From: Nitrosopumilus maritimus SCM1
GTDB taxonomy: Archaea; Thermoproteota; Nitrososphaeria; Nitrososphaerales; Nitrosopumilaceae
Direction of reading: 5' to 3'
NCBI RefSeq assembly: GCF_000018465.1
Contig: NC_010085.1
Coordinates: forward strand, 870,001 to 902,000
DNA: 32,000 nt
Shown: positions 15,569 to 22,033 of the stretch, in pieces
Numbering within the stretch: the stretch's first letter is position 1
Layout: each line of letters opens with the position of its first letter
Notes under the pieces: model-generated
Told to the model about the DNA's origin: nothing
Databases searched by the model: none
Seen by the model: only the letters and a program-made list of their open reading frames with translations
Made by a program: the position numbers and the translations under genes

Positions 15569-16492
15569 TCAAGTTCCGTTATTGTCCTTTGATTTTTTTA
15601 CCTCGTCTTGCAGTTTTTTCTCCACATCATCAGTCTCTTTTTCTATTTTTTTCTCAATATCATTTGTTTCTTCTTCTATTTTCTTTTCAATATTTTCAGT
15701 TTCTTTTTCTATCTTCTTTTCAATTTCATCAGTTTCCTTATCTATCTTCTTTTCTAGATCTTCTTGTTTATCTTCTATTTTTTCTACATGGATTTTGATT
15801 TTTTCATCTATTTGTTTTTCAATTTGTTCTTCTAATTTTTCTTCTGCAACAGGCAAAATTTTTCGTTTTATCAAGAACAAAATTCGTAAAAATGCCTCAA
15901 CGATAATTGCATATGTAACAAATCCTAGGATTTTTCCTAAAAATGGAAGGAATCCAAATGTTCGTTCTGCCACATCTTCTGCAGTAAAGAAAATACTACT
16001 AGTAAGGAAGATACCCAATAATGCAAAGGGTATTAATTTTGCAAAATCCTTTGCAAGATCTTCTTTGTAGTATGCAGATATTCTAACAGTTACTACCAAT
16101 GAAATTACAATTAGAAATACATGTTCTATTGGCAAATCTGGTGCCATAAAGAACAAAAATGTAGAATAAACTACAAACCAAACTAGAACAACCAGAGGAA
16201 ATACAACAACATATTTTACAAAATAGACAATAATCGAAGTGATCTTTTTTCCATCTGTCTCATATTTTTTTAGACGTAAAGGAATCATTTCACGTCTTGC
16301 AAGGAATCTGTAAAAATTCCAGATAAAAATTCCATATACAACCATCCCTATGGAATATCCTATCAAATCAGTGAAGGACACATCTGTTCCAAATTGACTT
16401 GTGATATTTTCAAAATCAGTAAAGTATGTGATTATGTTTTCATCTATTGTAATTCCTGCAAACGTAAAAAGACCGAAAATTAGGGCAAACAT
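15569..16492 (-). CDS. Multi-pass membrane protein with a C-terminal charged 11-aa-repeat coiled-coil tail
   Basis: 307 aa. Several hydrophobic helices occupy the first 210 aa or so. The tail reads LEKKIDKETDE IEKKIEKETEN IEKKIEEETND IEKKIEKETDD VEKKLQDEVKK. Confidence 0.75.
   Translation of the reverse strand: MFALIFGLFTFAGITIDENIITYFTDFENITSQFGTDVSFTDLIGYSIGMVVYGIFIWNFYRFLARREMIPLRLKKYETDGKKITSIIVYFVKYVVVFPLVVLVWFVVYSTFLFFMAPDLPIEHVFLIVISLVVTVRISAYYKEDLAKDFAKLIPFALLGIFLTSSIFFTAEDVAERTFGFLPFLGKILGFVTYAIIVEAFLRILFLIKRKILPVAEEKLEEQIEKQIDEKIKIHVEKIEDKQEDLEKKIDKETDEIEKKIEKETENIEKKIEEETNDIEKKIEKETDDVEKKLQDEVKKSKDNNGT
15593..15757. repeat. Imperfect 33-bp tandem repeat x5 (encodes 11-aa IEKKIEKETxx units)
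   Basis: Periodicity is visible in both the DNA and the translation. The copies are diverged, unlike the 18-bp repeat at 1430. Confidence 0.75.
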
Positions 16493-16581
16493 AATGTAGT
16501 GTGTCTCAGTAAATATTTAACTTAACTTAGTGGTCAACCATTAAGCCAAATTACATGTATTATTTTTAGAGACTTTTTTGT

Positions 16582-16962
16582 TTATTTTGAAATAAACTTG
16601 TCATCGCTTGCAGAATGCTCTTTTGATAGATGCTCCATAAATTCTGCTTCTACATATGTCTTAAAATTACATAATGCACACCTGTAATCTCGTTTTCCTA
16701 ACAGAGCTTTTGCTTGAGATGCAGCTCTTGCAACAAAAATTGTCAGAACAACTGCAATCATGGTTACAATAATTGCGTAAACTATCATTGGTCCTACTTG
16801 ATCAGTTGGTCCAAAGTACTCACGAAACAACGCCTTGATTGCTTCATTCCAAGCAAGTGCGGCTACCAAACCAAAGGCTGCAGCAATGAGTGCAGCAATC
16901 TTGTCTAAAATTTCATGTTTGATAGATGTTGATTCGGGTTCATCTGCCATGAAAAAACTCAT
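16582..16962 (-). CDS. Small two-TM membrane protein with a C-terminal classical C2H2 zinc finger
   Basis: 126 aa. TM segments IAALIAAAFGLVAALAWNEAI and MIVYAIIVTMIAVVLTIFVA, then YRCALCNFKTYVEAEFMEHLSKEH (C-x2-C-x12-H-x4-H). The true start may be Met5. Confidence 0.8.
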   Translation of the reverse strand: MSFFMADEPESTSIKHEILDKIAALIAAAFGLVAALAWNEAIKALFREYFGPTDQVGPMIVYAIIVTMIAVVLTIFVARAASQAKALLGKRDYRCALCNFKTYVEAEFMEHLSKEHSASDDKFISK

Positions 16963-16989
16963 TTGAAATTAAATAAATATCATTCTGGG

Positions 16990-17979
16990 TTATTCAATGA
17001 CTCTGATTAGTTCTTTTAGATGTCTTCTTGACTTTGGTGGTTTTTTCTTATCAGGATAACCAATGCAAAGAATAGATGATGGTCTCAAGTCAGTTCCAAG
17101 AATCTTCTTTACTTTTTCTTCATCAAACATTCCTATCCAAATGGTACTTAATCCAACACCTGAAGCGGCTAACAAGGAAAATGTTGCAGCTATTGTTGCA
17201 TCCTGCAAAGAAAACTTGTCTAATATTTCAGGAGGAAATTTCAATTTCACTCGGGATGGATCTGTACAAAACACCAGTACAACTGGTGCGTTGACATAAG
17301 GTTGCTTGTTTGCAGCCTCTACAAGGGCTTCTTTTGTTTTTTTATTTTTTATCAAAAATACTTGGAAACCTTGAAAGTTTCCTGCAGTAGGTGCAACATC
17401 AGCTGCCGAAAGAATCTTGTCAATCTTCCAATCCTCAACCTTTGTTTTGTCAAATTTCCTTGTTGAGCGTCTAGTTGCAAATACCCTAAACAAATCAGTA
17501 GGAGACAAGTCTTGCCTAATTTTTTCAGGTTCTGAAGACAGGATAGCTTGAATCAAAGATTTTTTTGGATCTTTGATAGAAATTTCTCTTTGTACTTTAT
17601 CGTCATCTCGAATCCATATAGAGGGATAGAACTCTTTTGTTCCAATGTAGACATACTGGGGTTCATGTGGGACTTTGGCATACTCTAAAACGTCTTCTTG
17701 AATTTGATTTGTGTCTACCTCTAACAATCCATGATTACTCAAATTAAACTGAGTAACATCAGAATTCACTCGAATATAGCTTGATTGATCTTCTAATTCC
17801 ACTTCACCAACAGAGTTTTTTTTAAAAAGTTCTACAAGATTTGATAATTCATTTTTGTTTAGTATTACGACATCAGTGTCATCCTCATCAACCCCTTCCC
17901 ATACAATTCGACATCCATCTTTTGTTGTGTAAGAGGGCTCAATTGCTTTGTATTTCACAACACTTGATATATCAAACAT
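16990..17979 (-). CDS. Nitroreductase-family flavoprotein with an uncharacterised N-terminal domain of about 160 aa
   Basis: 329 aa. The C-terminal half has TRRSTRKFDKTKV...ILSAADVAPTAGNFQGFQVFLI...VLVFC...DATIAATFSLLAASGVGLSTIWIG, the classic nitroreductase pattern. Confidence 0.85.
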   Translation of the reverse strand: MFDISSVVKYKAIEPSYTTKDGCRIVWEGVDEDDTDVVILNKNELSNLVELFKKNSVGEVELEDQSSYIRVNSDVTQFNLSNHGLLEVDTNQIQEDVLEYAKVPHEPQYVYIGTKEFYPSIWIRDDDKVQREISIKDPKKSLIQAILSSEPEKIRQDLSPTDLFRVFATRRSTRKFDKTKVEDWKIDKILSAADVAPTAGNFQGFQVFLIKNKKTKEALVEAANKQPYVNAPVVLVFCTDPSRVKLKFPPEILDKFSLQDATIAATFSLLAASGVGLSTIWIGMFDEEKVKKILGTDLRPSSILCIGYPDKKKPPKSRRHLKELIRVIE

Positions 17980-18096
17980 TATAAAAAAGAATTAGATGAT
18001 TTTGATGTCTTTTTCCTTTCACCTCATACATAAAAACACAAAATTTGGGTTATAGTTCTAAAGATTTGATTTATTTTGTTCTTTTGGCAGTCAACA

Positions 18097-18105
18097 ATTT
18101 ATTTA
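18097..18105 (+). promoter_or_regulatory. TATA-like box for the usp gene
   Basis: ATTTATTTA, then 22 nt, then the ATG at 18128. Confidence 0.4.
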
Positions 18106-18127
18106 GGAATATCAAAACACACCTGTA

Positions 18128-18601
18128 ATGTATAAAGCCATACTTGTTCCTCATGCAGGAACTCCAGCAGGAGACAATGCACTAAAACATGCAATACATG
18201 CTGCAAAGAATTCATCTGCCAAGATAATAATCCTACACATTATTGAAGAGATTCAAAGGCCACCAATATCATTTGGTCTAGCAGAGTCAGAAAGAGAGAA
18301 AATATTTGACAGTATCAAAGATGCAAATGAATCAATACGTCAAGAGATGGAAAAAGTGATGGAAAAACTTAGTCAACAATGCAATGATGAAAGCATTGAA
18401 ACCAAAGTTAAAGTTGAGATGGGAGATGCAGCTGAGATCATTCTAGATACAATTCAAAATGAGAATATAGATTTAGTCGTAATGGCAAAACGTAGAAAAT
18501 TAAAAGGAGTAAAAAAACTGTTGTCACTAGGAAGCGTATCTAGAAAAGTAGTAGAAAATGTTACTTGTCCGGTTATTTTGCTTGATGTTGATAATACTTA
18601 G
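18128..18601 (+). CDS. Universal stress protein (UspA family)
   Basis: 157 aa. YKAILVPHAGTPAGDNALKHAI...IIILHI...DLVVMAKRR...LGSVSRKVVENVTCPVILL is the canonical USP layout. Confidence 0.9.
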   Translation: MYKAILVPHAGTPAGDNALKHAIHAAKNSSAKIIILHIIEEIQRPPISFGLAESEREKIFDSIKDANESIRQEMEKVMEKLSQQCNDESIETKVKVEMGDAAEIILDTIQNENIDLVVMAKRRKLKGVKKLLSLGSVSRKVVENVTCPVILLDVDNT

Positions 18602-18604
18602 AAC

Positions 18605-18904
18605 ATGGTTCACAAGGTTCTAGTCGATGAACAGGCTTTAGGATGGGGAGAAGACAATCAAGATTTAATCCATCAAAAATACGAAAAAATATTTTTTGTC
18701 GGAACTAAACCTGCCCCACCAAAAGGTAGCAATGATAAGGAGATAGGTACATTCTGTGAAGAACAAGGATGCAACTTGATTACATCAGATTATACTGCAT
18801 ATACACATTTTTTGGAAAATCCCAGAATTAATGCGGTCCAAATTGAAAAATTCCAATACAACTCAAAAGCATCAAGACAAATCTATTTGATTAGAATTCT
18901 ATGA
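18605..18904 (+). CDS. Hypothetical protein, possibly a Mut7-C/DUF5615-like PIN-fold domain
   Basis: 99 aa, starting 3 nt after the usp stop. KVLVDEQ ... KGSNDKEIGTFCEEQGCNLITSDYTAYTHF resembles the LxDEN ... asDeeil.lA.eeg..lvT.D.DF pattern of that family. The function call is tentative. Confidence 0.55.
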   Translation: MVHKVLVDEQALGWGEDNQDLIHQKYEKIFFVGTKPAPPKGSNDKEIGTFCEEQGCNLITSDYTAYTHFLENPRINAVQIEKFQYNSKASRQIYLIRIL

Positions 18905-18939
18905 GTTTTGGACCAGATATAAAATAAAAAAATGTGTTG

Positions 18940-19089
18940 CTAGCCGAGTAAACCGCTAGCAACAAAGTAGGCACCTGCACCCATTCCCATTACTGCACCG
19001 ATTGCCATGCAGATGAGGTCGAATTTTACGACCTTTTTGAATGGGGCGTGAACCATTTTATCCCAGTTTGAGATTTGTTGTGTTTTCAT
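18940..19089 (-). CDS. 49-aa small membrane protein (hypothetical)
   Basis: Own translation: MKTQQISNWDKMVHAPFKKVVKFDLICMAIGAVMGMGAGAYFVASGLLG. It has a Gly/Ala-rich TM helix and is locally more GC-rich than its surroundings. Confidence 0.4.
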   Translation of the reverse strand: MKTQQISNWDKMVHAPFKKVVKFDLICMAIGAVMGMGAGAYFVASGLLG

Positions 19090-19142
19090 GATACTAGTTG
19101 CACATAGTTGAACATAGATTCTGGTAAAACCAAGTCATTACA

Positions 19143-19162
19143 GGTAAGCTTGAAAGCTTACC
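19143..19162. promoter_or_regulatory. 20-bp palindrome GGTAAGCTTGAAAGCTTACC (candidate operator or hairpin)
   Basis: Perfect 9-bp arms with a 2-nt spacer, in the divergent intergenic region between the ORFs at 19089(-) and 19196(+). It is related to the palindrome at 20296. Confidence 0.4.
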
Positions 19163-19195
19163 GCACTCTATGATGTGGCAAATCTACACCATATC

Positions 19196-19411
19196 ATGAA
19201 AACAAGTATCAAAGCAATGTTTGTGATTATGGCAATCTTGTCGTATCACTTTGTTGCATCAGATAAAATGGAAGAAAAGAGTCCTCAGGCATTTTGGACT
19301 TCAATCTCTTATGTTACATGTGAAGGAGGATCATGTGAGGAGAAAGGAGATCACAGACACGAACACAAAAAGAAGAAGAGTTTGAGAACTTTGCAGGGAA
19401 TTTACATTTGA
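19196..19411 (+). CDS. 71-aa hypothetical protein with a signal-peptide-like N-terminus
   Basis: MKTSIKAMFVIMAILSYHFVASD... followed by a His/Cys/acidic stretch (CEGGSCEEKGDHRHEH). The track ORF starts at an upstream GTG (19175). Weak support. Confidence 0.3.
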   Translation: MKTSIKAMFVIMAILSYHFVASDKMEEKSPQAFWTSISYVTCEGGSCEEKGDHRHEHKKKKSLRTLQGIYI

Positions 19412-20212
19412 TTACTCTTTTAGTTTGCTTTCTTTGAATATATCAGAGCCATACCAACAATATCTAAAATAGTCAAGACACCATTCATGGAACATTGGGT
19501 CATCAGAATAGAGCATCTCACTAATGTCAGACTCACCATCCAATGTAGGAAACATTATGCAGGCTTCTTTTTCGTTTAGAACAACTACTGTTTTGACATC
19601 CTTTTCCATCTTTCTTTCAACGAGTCCCTTTTCCATAAGCTTGTCAAATCCAAGTTTTTTTAGCAATGTCTTTCTTCCCTTTGGAACGACAGCAGACTCT
19701 GAAAAGATATAGTTGAATCGTATACCCTTCTTGACTCTTTTTACAAGCGGTTCAATAAGATCAAGTGGAACTTCAGATAAAATCTCATAGACGTATTCAT
19801 CAGAATTTTTGTATATAGTCTTCCAGGTTTCTAAAACTTTGGATACTCCCTTTACATATTGGGAGTTTGCTAATTGTCCACAACGCATTTGAAACTTGTG
19901 TGGGACATCACCAAAATTGTGTTCTTCAAAATATTTTCTGTTTTGTGACAAAAACACAAGTGATGGGACCTGTGTGCATACAACTTGACCAAATGTTGTA
20001 AGAGAGTACGTTCCTCCAACATTTTTCTTTATCAATCCGGCTTTTTCCAATCTTGAAAAATTTCTGTGTACTTCTTGTTTTGTAGAGTCGATGCTTTTGG
20101 CAAAAGCAGTAGGGGTGGATTGTTTTGTTAGCAATCCAATCAGTATGCTTAATCTCTGAGAGCTTGCAAGCTCCAAGACATAATCTGCAGTCTCATCAAT
20201 CAAGTCAGCCAT
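19412..20212 (-). CDS. Archaeal wHTH transcriptional regulator (ArsR-like N-terminus with a C-terminal FilR1/DUF1724-like domain)
   Basis: 266 aa. SQRLSILIGLLTKQSTPTAFAKSIDSTKQEVHRNFSRLEKAGLIKKNVGGTYSLTTFG is a wHTH. The overall length and C-terminal pattern resemble archaeal DUF1724 regulators; the domain name is tentative. Confidence 0.8.
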   Translation of the reverse strand: MADLIDETADYVLELASSQRLSILIGLLTKQSTPTAFAKSIDSTKQEVHRNFSRLEKAGLIKKNVGGTYSLTTFGQVVCTQVPSLVFLSQNRKYFEEHNFGDVPHKFQMRCGQLANSQYVKGVSKVLETWKTIYKNSDEYVYEILSEVPLDLIEPLVKRVKKGIRFNYIFSESAVVPKGRKTLLKKLGFDKLMEKGLVERKMEKDVKTVVVLNEKEACIMFPTLDGESDISEMLYSDDPMFHEWCLDYFRYCWYGSDIFKESKLKE

Positions 20213-20295
20213 GAAAGACTCACCATTTTGTTTCCTAAAAAACTAGTTGGAAATAAGCTAAAACTAAGGAAATGATTTGGTGAGGCGTATCACAA

Positions 20296-20315
20296 AGTCA
20301 GCTTGATAGCTGACT
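20296..20315. promoter_or_regulatory. 20-bp palindrome AGTCAGCTTGATAGCTGACT (candidate operator or hairpin)
   Basis: 8-bp arms with a 4-nt spacer, upstream of the regulator gene and of the zinc-ribbon ORF pair. 15 of 20 positions are identical to the palindrome at 19143. Confidence 0.4.
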
Positions 20316-20437
20316 AGGGTATATGTTCAAAAGTAACGTAACTATACTATGCGAGAACACACTGTCACCCTAGACAAGTTACAGAACTGTGAAATTTTTG
20401 TCACAAGTTCTCGCTATATTATAGGAGTGAAAATGAA

Positions 20438-20620
20438 TTGCGAGTAGAGAGTTGTAGAAAATGTGGTACAGAATTAGAAATTAGACAAAACTGTTCTGTA
20501 TGCAAAGAACCAAAAAAATTTGAATGTAAAAATTGCAAGGTTGAGACAGATGAGCAAATTCACTCCATATGCAGACTAGTTGACATGAACTATACACCAA
20601 CAATATCAGAGGTTGCATAA
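20438..20620 (+). CDS. 60-aa triple-CxxC zinc-ribbon protein
   Basis: (TTG start) MRVESCRKCGTELEIRQNCSVCKEPKKFECKNCKVETDEQIHSICRLVDMNYTPTISEVA. Its stop overlaps the next ATG (TAATG). Confidence 0.5.
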   Translation: MRVESCRKCGTELEIRQNCSVCKEPKKFECKNCKVETDEQIHSICRLVDMNYTPTISEVA

Positions 20621-20841
20621 TGTCAAGAGAATCTGATCCTCACCCATCATGTATTGGAAAATGCATAAAATTTCAAGCACAAAAACCAAAGGTGGGAAAA
20701 AGATACCAGTTGGGTCAGAAACTATGCCAAGCATGTGATCAATGGATACTATATGATGGAGTGATGTGTCCTTGTTGCCATCACCGACTTAGAACTAGAC
20801 CAAGATGCAAGAAATACAAAGTTGAGGTTGCACGAATTTAG
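20620..20841 (+). CDS. 73-aa zinc-finger protein (C-x2-C ... CPCC-x-x-x-LRTRPR type)
   Basis: KRYQLGQKLCQACDQWILYDGVMCPCCHHRLRTRPR matches a small conserved archaeal protein pattern I recognise (G.KRC..C...i...g..CPCCg..LR..PR). Translationally coupled to the preceding ORF. Confidence 0.65.
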   Translation: MSRESDPHPSCIGKCIKFQAQKPKVGKRYQLGQKLCQACDQWILYDGVMCPCCHHRLRTRPRCKKYKVEVARI

Positions 20842-20843
20842 TT

Positions 20844-21875
20844 TTAAGGAATGTCATTAGTACATTCACCTACATGTTTTATTGTAACATGGCTTGATGC
20901 AATTGCACATTTGTTTCCATATGTTTTCCCATCAACTCCACAGACAGGTGCATACTCTAAAGTGCATGCAAATACTGGAAGAGGTATTTGCCATCCACGT
21001 TGTTCAAGATTCTTTGCTGTTTCAGAAGTTACACATGCAGGTGAGCCGTCATGAGATTTGAAAATCAGATTCAGTTCTTCAGCACATATTACATCTGCAG
21101 ATGAAATACCAGCATCTCCTTGTTGAGATGGTCTAAGATATGGTTGTTTTACTCCATCCATGACACATACTTTGCCAGGATATATCCCAGGACCACATCT
21201 ATCATTTAGGACACATATTTCTCCAAGCGACACAAATCCTGGAGCACATACTCCTTTGTATGGAATGTGTTTTGCAAATGATTTTTGGTCTAAAATTTCA
21301 ATTAACTCATATTTTTTGCTAGATGCATCAGCTGGAGGACTCTCTACATCAGTGACTTTTACAGAAATTTTGTAAGACTTTCCTTCAGCATAATCAAATC
21401 CTTGGATAGAATCATAGAAATTTTGCCAGTTAGAATTAGGATCTTCACGGATTTGCATGCATTTCATAGGTCCTACACCAACACAGTCAACCAGACTTGA
21501 ATCAACATGGAAGATTTTAGTCTCGTAAGGAACTTCTAATCCCAACTCTATTCTAACTTGTTTTCGTAACTCATCAAGTTCCTCTACTGGAATCTGTAGA
21601 CTGACCATTTTTCTAATCTGGTTCATCAAGACTAGTCCTTCTTGATCATGAGATAGTTGGTTTCCTGTTTCCTCAAATGCATAATATGCCTTCATGATTT
21701 CAAGGCGTTGACGGGTATCATCTTCATCAGGGTTGTTCATCCAATTCTCAACCATAACTTTGAGTTCTTGTTGATTAATTGAGGAATAGTTTTCAGAGAT
21801 TGTTTCATCTGCAAAAGAATTTGAAATTGCAAATGTGCCTAACAAAAATAATGAAATAGCAATAATTAGTTTCAT
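20844..21875 (-). CDS. Secreted multidomain protein: signal peptide, DUF4377-like domain, Cys-rich region, two-Cys module, C-terminal Kazal-type serine protease inhibitor domain
   Basis: 343 aa. N-terminus [36 protein letters not shown]...[25 protein letters not shown]...YELIEIL is DUF4377-like (tentative). C-terminus [36 protein letters not shown] carries the Kazal signature. Confidence 0.85.
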   Translation of the reverse strand: MKLIIAISLFLLGTFAISNSFADETISENYSSINQQELKVMVENWMNNPDEDDTRQRLEIMKAYYAFEETGNQLSHDQEGLVLMNQIRKMVSLQIPVEELDELRKQVRIELGLEVPYETKIFHVDSSLVDCVGVGPMKCMQIREDPNSNWQNFYDSIQGFDYAEGKSYKISVKVTDVESPPADASSKKYELIEILDQKSFAKHIPYKGVCAPGFVSLGEICVLNDRCGPGIYPGKVCVMDGVKQPYLRPSQQGDAGISSADVICAEELNLIFKSHDGSPACVTSETAKNLEQRGWQIPLPVFACTLEYAPVCGVDGKTYGNKCAIASSHVTIKHVGECTNDIP

Positions 21876-22033
21876 GAAAAATCTAAGAAATAGTAGTTAA
21901 TAGGGTTTGATGAAAATGAGATTTTACCAACATGGATTCAAATCTTTAGAGGTTTTAACCTTTAATGATAAAGCAAGACCATAATCCAAATCATGTTTTA
22001 CAAGTATTGGTTTAACTCTACAAAACAGAATCC

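Noticed and set aside
15546-16070. 174-aa and 77-aa plus-strand ORFs rich in S/F/L
   Set aside because: They are antisense to the charged-repeat tail of the membrane protein at 15569..16492. They are a low-complexity artefact of reading E/K-rich repeats backwards.
21900-22033. Possible tRNA or ncRNA suggested by GGATTCAAATC near 21930
   Set aside because: No acceptor, D or anticodon stems can be drawn around it, and the region is AT-rich like ordinary intergenic DNA.
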